Positions 20,959 to 28,790 of a stretch of 34,342 nucleotides of DNA are shown here, in pieces. The position numbers and the translations under genes are program-made. Source of the stretch: Chthoniobacteraceae bacterium (GTDB taxonomy: Bacteria; Verrucomicrobiota; Verrucomicrobiia; Chthoniobacterales; Chthoniobacteraceae); contig JBEBGD010000060.1 in the NCBI GenBank assembly GCA_040081625.1, positions 1 to 34,342 of the forward strand. Reading direction: 5' to 3'. The notes under the pieces are model-generated. The model had not been told where the DNA came from and ran no database searches. It saw only the letters and a program-made list of their open reading frames with translations. Positions within the stretch are counted from its first letter, which is position 1, and each line of letters opens with the position of its first letter.

Positions 20959-21828
20959 ATGCCCAAGCCTTCCACCGTCAGCGAGCCCGCCGAATTGCTC
21001 GCCTATCTTTTCGCCATCTGGCCGGACATGAAGAAGAAGCAAATTCGCGACTGGCTGAAGTTCAAGGCGGTCACGGTCAATGCGGAGCCGATCACGCAGT
21101 TCAATCATCGGCTCAAGCCGGGCGATGTGGTGGCGATTCGTGAGAACCGGTTCGCGCTCGATGAGAAGGTGCTGCCGTTTCGTATCCGCGTCGTGTTCGA
21201 GGATGCCTCGCTCATCATCATCGAGAAGCCGGCGGGACTGCTGAGCATGTCGAGCGCGAGCGAGCGGGAACGGACCGCGTATTTCCAACTCACCGACTAC
21301 GTGCGGCAGGGCGACCCGCAGCGGCGTGAGCGCGTCTGGATCGTGCATCGGCTCGACCGGGAGACTTCGGGCTTGATGATCTTCGCAAAAAGCGAGGACG
21401 CGAAACGCGCGCTCCAGACCGGCTGGGACCAGGTCGAGAAGCGCTACGAGGCGATCGTGGAAGGCGGGCCGAAGGAGGATGAGGGCGTCTTCGAGTCGGA
21501 TCTCGATGAGACGAATGTGCTCTTCACGCGGAGCGGACCGCGGACTGAGAATACGCGGCACGCGATCACGCGATTTCGCGTGCTCAAGCGGGCGCGGAGG
21601 TTTTCCCGGGTGCAGCTCAATCTCGTCACCGGCCGCCGTCACCAGATCCGCGTGCATCTCGCCGACGCCGGGTGCCCGATCATCGGCGACGAGAAATACG
21701 GCGCGACGACCGATCTCGCGAAGCGCCTCGGGCTGCACTCGTGCGCGATGGTCTTCAAGCATCCCGTGACGGGCCAGGAGATGACCTTCGAGTCGCCGCT
21801 GCCGGGAGTGCTCTCGAGCCTGGTGTGA
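20959..21828 (+). CDS. RluA family pseudouridine synthase with N-terminal S4-like domain
   Basis: KPAGLL, VHRLDRETSG with the catalytic Asp, TGRRHQIRVH, PIIGDEKYG, LH and HPVTG. Confidence 0.95.
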   Translation: MPKPSTVSEPAELLAYLFAIWPDMKKKQIRDWLKFKAVTVNAEPITQFNHRLKPGDVVAIRENRFALDEKVLPFRIRVVFEDASLIIIEKPAGLLSMSSASERERTAYFQLTDYVRQGDPQRRERVWIVHRLDRETSGLMIFAKSEDAKRALQTGWDQVEKRYEAIVEGGPKEDEGVFESDLDETNVLFTRSGPRTENTRHAITRFRVLKRARRFSRVQLNLVTGRRHQIRVHLADAGCPIIGDEKYGATTDLAKRLGLHSCAMVFKHPVTGQEMTFESPLPGVLSSLV

Positions 21829-21843
21829 TCGCCGCGGCGACGA

Positions 21844-23355
21844 TCAGTCCTGCGACTTCCTGCCTTTCGCGCCGGGAAGTTTCCGCCCCGTCGCCTTCGC
21901 CCATCGCGTGTAGGCCTCGCTGAGTTCCGTCACCAGCTCCGGCTTCGTGCTCGCGAGATCGTGCAGCTCGGTGCGGTCGGCTTCGAGGTCGAAAAGCTCC
22001 CACTTCACCGGTCGCGCGAGCGTGTCCCAGACGAGCTTCCAGTCGCCGCGGCGGATCGCGCAATTGCCCGACCACTCCCAGCACAACTCCGCGAGCGGCG
22101 GGCGCGTCCCGCCACGCAGGATCGGCGCGAGCGTGCGGCCTTCGAGCGCGGCGGGCGGAGTTTTTCCGGCCAGTTCGAGGCACGTCGGCGTCACGTCGAT
22201 GATGTGCCCGACCTGCGCGGTCATCGTGCCCGGCTTCACCTGCGCCGGCCATCGGACGATGAAGGGCGTGCTGATGCCGCCTTCGTTCACCCAGCTCTTG
22301 TAGCGGCGGAAGGGCGTATTCTGCGCCCAGCCCCAGCCCGGCCCGACCGCGGTGTATGTGCTCACGATGCCCGGCTCCTGCGAGGGATCGCGCCCGCCGG
22401 GTTCCTCGGTGCAGCCGCCGTTGTCGGAGAGAAACATCACGACCGTGTTCTTCGCGATGCCGAGGTTGTCGAGCGTCTTGAGCACGCGACCGATGTTCTG
22501 GTCCATGCGATCGATCATCGCCGCGTAGGTCGCCATGCGCAGGTCTTCCCAATCCTGGTTCGCACCCGACCACTCGTAGGATTTCGCGTCGCTCGGCGAG
22601 AGCGCCCACTTCGCATCGAGCACGCCCAGCGAGATCTGCCGCGCGTGTCGCTGCTCGCGCAACTCCTCCCAGCCCGACTTGTATTTGCCGCGATACTTCG
22701 CGATGTCCTCGGGCCGCGCGTGCAGCGGATAGTGCGGCGCCGTGAATGCGAGATGGATGAAGAACGGCCGCTCGCTTTTCGCGAAGCGCTGGATCGTCTC
22801 GATCGTGTGCGAGGCGAAATAGTCGGTCGAGTAGAAGTCCTTCGGGAACTCGGTGATGAGCCGGTCGTTGTGGCCGAAGGTGCGCACCTTTCCGCCTTTG
22901 GAGTCCGGGTCGGGTTGCGCCGGGTTGAAGAAATTGCAGCAGCCATCCATCAGCCCGTAATACTCCTCGAACCCGCGATCGATCGGCCGCTGCGGCTCCT
23001 TGCTCCCGAGGTGCCACTTGCCGCTCATCGCGGTCTGGTAACCGGCCGCCTTCATCGCCTCCGCGATGGTCGGCATCTCGCGCGGGATGGAGTTGCCGCT
23101 GCCGCGCGGATACATGCCCGAGAGCAGACTTGCGCGCGTCGTCGTGCACTTGGCGTTGTTGTAGAATTGCGTGAACCGCAGCCCGTCGCTCGCGAGCCGG
23201 TCGAGGTTCGGCGTGTGAATCTCCCCGCCGTAGCAGCCGATGTCCGAGAAGCCCATGTCGTCGGCCATGATTAGGATGATGTTCGGCTTCGGCTCGGCGG
23301 CGAAGCCGGAGGCGAAGGCGGCGAAGAGCGCGACGAATCGAAGGAGATTTTTCAT
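21844..23355 (-). CDS. Secreted arylsulfatase (formylglycine-dependent S1 family, 503 aa)
   Basis: Signal peptide MKNLLRFVALFAAFASGFA, PNIILIMADDMG, CTTTRASLLSG, GKWHLG, APHYP, SDNG and EGGI. Start ATG 23355. Confidence 0.93.
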   Translation of the reverse strand: MKNLLRFVALFAAFASGFAAEPKPNIILIMADDMGFSDIGCYGGEIHTPNLDRLASDGLRFTQFYNNAKCTTTRASLLSGMYPRGSGNSIPREMPTIAEAMKAAGYQTAMSGKWHLGSKEPQRPIDRGFEEYYGLMDGCCNFFNPAQPDPDSKGGKVRTFGHNDRLITEFPKDFYSTDYFASHTIETIQRFAKSERPFFIHLAFTAPHYPLHARPEDIAKYRGKYKSGWEELREQRHARQISLGVLDAKWALSPSDAKSYEWSGANQDWEDLRMATYAAMIDRMDQNIGRVLKTLDNLGIAKNTVVMFLSDNGGCTEEPGGRDPSQEPGIVSTYTAVGPGWGWAQNTPFRRYKSWVNEGGISTPFIVRWPAQVKPGTMTAQVGHIIDVTPTCLELAGKTPPAALEGRTLAPILRGGTRPPLAELCWEWSGNCAIRRGDWKLVWDTLARPVKWELFDLEADRTELHDLASTKPELVTELSEAYTRWAKATGRKLPGAKGRKSQD

Positions 23356-23584
23356 CGCGACCAGCCCTACCCGGCCACCGGCACTGCTGACAACCCTCCT
23401 TCCGCTGCCCACGTATATTGCCTCTCGCGAGGGAGAGGCGGAGAAACGTCTGAATTCATAGAGTTCGTGGCTGGCTAGTCGCCAGACTCTGAGCTCAGCG
23501 TAGCTTGGCCGATTTCGCACAAAAGTTGTCATCGTAGTCCGCGCTTGGCGGCGGGTTGTCCTTCACGTGAAACTCCGGCTCTCC

Positions 23585-25411
23585 ATGCGTCCCCTGCTCT
23601 TCCCGCTCCTCGCCTCACTCGCACTCGCCGCCGATAACCCCAACCCGCCCGGCTTCGTCGTGCAACCGGGCAGCGGACTGCCGCCGGCGGATACGGCGCG
23701 CGCGATGAAGCTGCCCGACGGATTTTCCGTGCAGGTCTTCGCGGGCGAGCCGGACCTCGTGCAGCCGATCGCCTTCACGATCGACGATCGCGGGCGGCTG
23801 TGGGTGCTCGAGAATCTCAGCTACCCGGAGTGGAAGCCCGAGGGCAATGACCGCATCGTCATTCTCGAAGACACCGATGGCGACGGACGCTTCGATTCGC
23901 GGAAAGTTTTCCACGACAAGATCAACATGGGCTCGGGGATCGAGGTCGGCTTTGGCGGAGTGTGGGTCGGCACGCCGCCGAACCTGCTCTTCATCGCCGA
24001 CAAGAACGGCGACGATGTGCCCGATGGGGAGCCGGAGATCGTGCTCGACGGATGGGAGCACCAGGACATGCACGAGACGCTCAACTCGTTTAACTGGGGC
24101 CCGGACGGCTGGCTGTATGGCACGCATGGCGTCTTCACTTTCTCAAATGTCGGCAAGCCCGGCGCGCCCGACAGCGAGCGCACGAAGCTCAACGCGGGCG
24201 TGTGGCGGCTGCATCCGCTCACGCGGAAGTTCGAGGTCTTCGCGCACGGCACGAGCAATCCGTGGGGCGTGGACTTCAACGACTACGGGCAGGCCTTCAT
24301 TACCGCGTGTGTGATCCCACATCTCTACCACATCGCGCAGGGCGGGCTGTATCAGCGGCAGGCGGGCAAGCACTACAACGAGAATTCCTACGACGACATC
24401 AAGACCATCGCGCTCCACCGCCACTGGGCCACCGGCGAGAAGCCGACCTACATGGCCGATTCGCGCACCGGCAGTTCCAGCACGGATGCCGCCGGCGGCG
24501 GCCACGCGCACTGCGGCGCGCTCGTGTATCTCGGCGAGCAATTTCCCGCCGAATACCGCGGCTCGATCCTGATGAACAACATCCACGGCAACCGCATGAA
24601 CAACGATTCGCTCGCGCCGAAAGGCAGCGGCTGGGTCGGCGACCGCCGGCCCGACTTCATGAAGTCGCAGGACAAATGGTATCGCGGCCTCGGCATCCGC
24701 CAGGCGCCGGATGGCTCGGTGTATGTGGCCGATTGGTATGACTCCCGCGCCTGCCACCAGCAGCGCCCGCACGACCGCACGAACGGTCGCATCTACAAGA
24801 TCACCTACGGCAAGGCGGTGCCGTGGAAGGGCGACGTAGCGAAGATGAGCGACGCCGAACTGGTGAAGCTCCAGACGAGCAAGAATGAATGGCTCGTCCG
24901 CCACGCCCGGCGCGTCCTGCAGGAGCGCGGCAAGGACGTGAGCGCGCCGCTCAAGGCGCAGCTCGCCAACACGAAGCTCGACACGCCGCAGCGCCTCCGC
25001 GCGCTGTGGGCGCTGCATGCGCTCAAAGTCACGGACGCCAGCCTCCTCGCCAACAAGGACGCGTGGATCCGCGCGTGGACCATCCAGCTTCTCTGCGAGA
25101 ACGGCACGCCCTCCGCCGCGGTGCTCGACCAGTTCGCCACTCTCGCGGATTCCGATCCATCGCCCGTCGTGCGCCTCTACCTCGCCGCCGCCTGCCAGCG
25201 ACTGCCGCTCGATGCGCGATTCCCGATCGTGCAGGGACTGCTCGCGCATGGCGAAGATGCGGAGGATCAAAATTTGCCGCTGATGTATTGGTATGCCGCC
25301 GAGCCGATCGTCGGCGCGCACACCGACAAAGCCGCCCTGCTCCTTGGCACGTGTGCTATCCCGAAGGTTCAGGAGTTCATCGCCCGCCGCCTCGCCACCA
25401 CCGCAAAATGA
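23585..25411 (+). CDS. PVC-type membrane-bound-dehydrogenase-like beta-propeller plus HEAT repeats, without CxxCH (608 aa)
   Basis: Signal peptide, LPDGFSVQVFAGEP, DDRGRLWV, LEDTDGDG, WGPDGWLYG, SNPWG, PDGSVYVADWYD and GRIYKI, then helical repeats (RLRALWAL, DPSPVVRL). Confidence 0.85.
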   Translation: MRPLLFPLLASLALAADNPNPPGFVVQPGSGLPPADTARAMKLPDGFSVQVFAGEPDLVQPIAFTIDDRGRLWVLENLSYPEWKPEGNDRIVILEDTDGDGRFDSRKVFHDKINMGSGIEVGFGGVWVGTPPNLLFIADKNGDDVPDGEPEIVLDGWEHQDMHETLNSFNWGPDGWLYGTHGVFTFSNVGKPGAPDSERTKLNAGVWRLHPLTRKFEVFAHGTSNPWGVDFNDYGQAFITACVIPHLYHIAQGGLYQRQAGKHYNENSYDDIKTIALHRHWATGEKPTYMADSRTGSSSTDAAGGGHAHCGALVYLGEQFPAEYRGSILMNNIHGNRMNNDSLAPKGSGWVGDRRPDFMKSQDKWYRGLGIRQAPDGSVYVADWYDSRACHQQRPHDRTNGRIYKITYGKAVPWKGDVAKMSDAELVKLQTSKNEWLVRHARRVLQERGKDVSAPLKAQLANTKLDTPQRLRALWALHALKVTDASLLANKDAWIRAWTIQLLCENGTPSAAVLDQFATLADSDPSPVVRLYLAAACQRLPLDARFPIVQGLLAHGEDAEDQNLPLMYWYAAEPIVGAHTDKAALLLGTCAIPKVQEFIARRLATTAK

Positions 25412-26586
25412 AACGCGTCTTCTTCTGCCTCTTCATCCTCATCTCCTTCGCGTCAGCAGAGCCACCAAATGTGCTCAGCATCCTAGCGCAGCAGGTCGCA
25501 AAGACGAGCGACCCCGCGAGCCAGAAGAACATCCTGCGCGGCATGAACGCCGCCTTGCAGGGTCGCAGCGGTGTCGCCGCGCCGCCCGAGTGGACCGCGC
25601 TCGCAAAGCAACTCTCCGCCAGCTCCGACGCCGAGGTGCGCGAACTCGCGCTCTCGATCGGCATCGTCTTCGGCACGAAGGAGGCGCTCGATGCACTGCG
25701 AGCCATCGCCGCGAACCCGGACGCCGAAATCGCCGCGCGGCAGCGTGCGATCGAATCGCTCGTCGCGCGCAAAGACGCCGCGACGCTGCCGCTGCTCGGG
25801 CAGTTCGTCGAGAAGCCGACGCCGCTCCGCCGCTCCGCCATCCGGGGACTCGCCGCCTACGACGCGCCGGAAACCGCGGGCCTGTTGCTCGGTCATTATG
25901 CGAAGCTCGGACCCGCGGAGAAGACCGACGCGCTTTCCACCCTCGCCGCGCGTCCAGCGTGGGCGAAGCAACTCGTCGCCGCGCTCGAGGATGGTCGCGT
26001 TGCCCGCGCCGACTACTCTGCCGCGCTCGTGCGCCAGCTCCGCAGCTACAAGGACGCAGGCATCGACGCCGCGCTCGACAAGCACTTCGGCAAACTCTCC
26101 GGCACGACCGACAAGCAGCCCGAGATCGCCGAGATCAAGAAGTGGCTGACGCCCGCGTTCATCAAGTCCGGCAATGCGAAGCACGGACGTGAAGTCTTCA
26201 ACCGCACCTGCGCCATCTGCCACAAGCTCTTCGACGCCGGCACCGAGATCGGCCCCGAGCTGACCGGCGCAAACCGCGCCGACATCGACTACCTGCTTCA
26301 AAACGTCATCGATCCAAACGCGCTCATCGGTGCCGACTACCAGCTCCAGACCTTCGAGTTGAAAGACGGCCGCATCCTCGCCGGCATGGTCCGAGCAGAG
26401 AACGCCTCGACGATCACCCTGCGGACGCTCGCCGAGCAGACGATCATCGCGAAAGGCGATGTGAAGACTCGCACGATCAGCCCGATGTCGATGATGCCCG
26501 AGGGCCAGGTCCAAGCGCTGCCGCGCGAAGACGTGCGGGACCTCTTCCTCTACCTCGCCAGCCCGCAGCAAGTGCCGCTGCCGTGA
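25408..26586 (+). CDS. HEAT-repeat plus c-type cytochrome protein (PVC putative haem-binding domain, 392 aa)
   Basis: ATG 25408 in an ATGA overlap; own signal peptide MKRVFFCLFILISFASA; GREVF...CAICH (26209-26223), IGPELT, SMMPEG and DLFLYL. Confidence 0.85.
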   Translation: MKRVFFCLFILISFASAEPPNVLSILAQQVAKTSDPASQKNILRGMNAALQGRSGVAAPPEWTALAKQLSASSDAEVRELALSIGIVFGTKEALDALRAIAANPDAEIAARQRAIESLVARKDAATLPLLGQFVEKPTPLRRSAIRGLAAYDAPETAGLLLGHYAKLGPAEKTDALSTLAARPAWAKQLVAALEDGRVARADYSAALVRQLRSYKDAGIDAALDKHFGKLSGTTDKQPEIAEIKKWLTPAFIKSGNAKHGREVFNRTCAICHKLFDAGTEIGPELTGANRADIDYLLQNVIDPNALIGADYQLQTFELKDGRILAGMVRAENASTITLRTLAEQTIIAKGDVKTRTISPMSMMPEGQVQALPREDVRDLFLYLASPQQVPLP

Positions 26587-28703
26587 AGCGCTGGCTCGCC
26601 GTCGCCGCGCTTCACGCTGTTGCGCTCGGCGGTGACTTCGAGCCTCGCGGCCGCGTTCACATCCCCATCGGCATCCCGGACACGCGGGACACACTCAAGA
26701 CCTTCGTCGAGGCGGAGGGGAATTTCTCTCCGGGCTTCGCGACATGCGGCGTGGCATTTTGGATTCATGATCCCGACGCGCGACGCTTCTTCGCACCGAC
26801 GATGGACGATGTGCCACACACGCGCGGGCTGTCCGCGCCGGGCGTGCTAATCCCGTGGACCGAGTGGAAAGCAGGAGCGATCGCGGTGCGGAGCGAAGTC
26901 TGCCAGGTGCAGCGCGGCGACGCGCAAGTCGTCGGCGCGCGCGTGCGCCTCACCAATACATCGAGCGAAGAGAAACGCGTGTCGCTCTTCGCCGCGGTGA
27001 CAGCGCTCGGCGCAACGGGCGCGCCGCTGACCGAGGTGCGAGTCGAGGGCGACACGATCTTCGCAAACCGCGAGCCGATGCTCATCTCGGCGGTGAAGCC
27101 CGACGGCGGCGAGGCGCCCGCGCCTGCGGCTGACGAGACGCCGCTCGCGATCGCGAAGCTCCCGCCGGATCCGTCGATCACGATGAAGAACGGCGAGGCA
27201 AGCGGCGCGCTTCGCTTCGAGGTGGTGCTCGCGCCGGGCGAGACGAAGACGTTCGGTTTCGTCTGTCCGGTGCTTCACGGTCGCCGCGCCGCGCCGCACT
27301 TGTGGGACGGCGTGAGCCCGTGGGTTCAGCTCGACGAAGCGGACCCGATCAGCGGCTCGCAAGGCGCGCAACAGCCGTCGCCCGGCGTCGATTTCTACCG
27401 CGCGATCAAACCCGACGACCTTTTCGCGGAGGCCGGCGAATACTGGCGGAAATTTCGCGGCGACGTGGAAATCGAGCTACCCGACGTGCGCTGGAGCGAG
27501 GCCTTTCACGCGATCACCACGCACGCCGCCATGTGCCTGAACGAGGGCGCGCCCGACCTCGCGGTGATCAACTCGAATGTGTCCACGCGCGGCGGAGTGC
27601 AACTCGCCGACGTGTTTCAAAAGTGCGGCAACTTCCCGCTCTCCCGAAAGCTCATCGACTACTTCCTCCGCCACCCGTTCAGCGGGCGCGTCGAGCCCGA
27701 GGCCGACTCGCCCGGCCAGGTGCTGTGGCTCGTCGGCGAGCACTGGCGTTTCACGCGCGACCACGAGTGGCTCAGGGAAGTGTGGCCGCGTGTGGAGCGG
27801 CTCGCGGCGTTGATCGAATACTGCCGCACCGCGCCCGAGCCGCACTGGATCAGCGCGAGCGGGATCGGCTTCGGCGATCATCTGCCCGAGGCCGACCGGA
27901 TGCGCCTCATTCCCGGCGCGTGCGACGGCCAGCATCCCGAATACACCGGCGCCTTCGATCTCGCCGGCCTGCGCGCCGCGGCGATGCTTGCGGAGGAGAT
28001 GAACGACAACGCGACGCGCGAGCGTCTCACGACGCTCATCGCCCGCCTCGCCCACGAATACGACACGCGCTTCCTCGCCGATCTGCGCAGCCACGAATAC
28101 GCGGACTACTGCGTCCTCTGGCCCTGCCGGCTGTATCCCCTCGGCGGAGATTTGTTCGGCGCGGTCGGCGCGCAGGCGCCGAAGCCACGACGCTATTTCC
28201 CGTTGATGCTCGCGCATCAAGGCCTCCTCGCCGGGAACCGCGACGCCGCGCACGGCACCATCGCGAAGCACTTCGATCTCGACTCGATGATTGGCTGGTA
28301 TGCGCTCGATGAAGGCGGGCCGGGCGGCGCAGGAATCTGGGAATCCGCGAAGACGCGCTGGCCGGTCGAAACAAATGGCCCCAACGGCGCGCTCAGCTCG
28401 TTCGCGATGCCGCACGGTTGGGCGATTGCGGAGCTGCACCTGCTCCTCCGCGACGCGCTCGTCTTTGAAGACGGCGACAAGCTCGTCCTGTTCGCCGGCA
28501 TCCCGCCCGGGTGGTTTGCGAAGCCGATGCGACTGCGAAATGTGCCGACGCATCTCGGGAAGCTCGATGTCGAGTGGATGCCTTCGGGCGAGCGCGCGGA
28601 GCTTCGGATCTCGGGAATCGGTCCGCGCACCGTCGTCGTGCTGCGCCTGCCATGGGCGGATGAGACCGTCGCCGACGGATTGGCGACCATCCCGTTGCGC
28701 TGA
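26583..28703 (+). CDS. Secreted putative glycoside hydrolase-like protein, probable (alpha/alpha)6 barrel (706 aa)
   Basis: GTG start in a GTGA overlap; signal peptide; beta-rich N-terminus; helical core EHWRFTRDHEWLREVWPRVE; MPHGWAIAE; C-terminal LVLFAGIPPGW...PTHLGKL typical of six-hairpin glycosidases. Family not identified. Confidence 0.55.
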   Translation: MKRWLAVAALHAVALGGDFEPRGRVHIPIGIPDTRDTLKTFVEAEGNFSPGFATCGVAFWIHDPDARRFFAPTMDDVPHTRGLSAPGVLIPWTEWKAGAIAVRSEVCQVQRGDAQVVGARVRLTNTSSEEKRVSLFAAVTALGATGAPLTEVRVEGDTIFANREPMLISAVKPDGGEAPAPAADETPLAIAKLPPDPSITMKNGEASGALRFEVVLAPGETKTFGFVCPVLHGRRAAPHLWDGVSPWVQLDEADPISGSQGAQQPSPGVDFYRAIKPDDLFAEAGEYWRKFRGDVEIELPDVRWSEAFHAITTHAAMCLNEGAPDLAVINSNVSTRGGVQLADVFQKCGNFPLSRKLIDYFLRHPFSGRVEPEADSPGQVLWLVGEHWRFTRDHEWLREVWPRVERLAALIEYCRTAPEPHWISASGIGFGDHLPEADRMRLIPGACDGQHPEYTGAFDLAGLRAAAMLAEEMNDNATRERLTTLIARLAHEYDTRFLADLRSHEYADYCVLWPCRLYPLGGDLFGAVGAQAPKPRRYFPLMLAHQGLLAGNRDAAHGTIAKHFDLDSMIGWYALDEGGPGGAGIWESAKTRWPVETNGPNGALSSFAMPHGWAIAELHLLLRDALVFEDGDKLVLFAGIPPGWFAKPMRLRNVPTHLGKLDVEWMPSGERAELRISGIGPRTVVVLRLPWADETVADGLATIPLR

Positions 28704-28790
28704 ACCGCGGACGGAAGAATCACCCACCCGTGCGCTTGACTGCCAGCGCGCTGTCGCGTCTCTGGACTCCCTCCGAAATCCCACCTCGCC

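Noticed and set aside
20702..21031. Small ORFs crossing the palindromic element (20693-20902 minus, 20702-21031 plus)
   Set aside because: Low-complexity translations produced by the 9-bp periodic repeat, overlapping real genes.
21829..21840. Palindrome TCGCCGCGGCGA between convergent rluA-like and sulfatase genes as a terminator
   Set aside because: Short, GC-rich, with no loop or U-tract; expected by chance at this GC content.
25404..25413. Frameshift or pseudogene at the A-rich junction of the two PVC genes
   Set aside because: A clean ATGA overlap and a new signal peptide favour two genuine genes.
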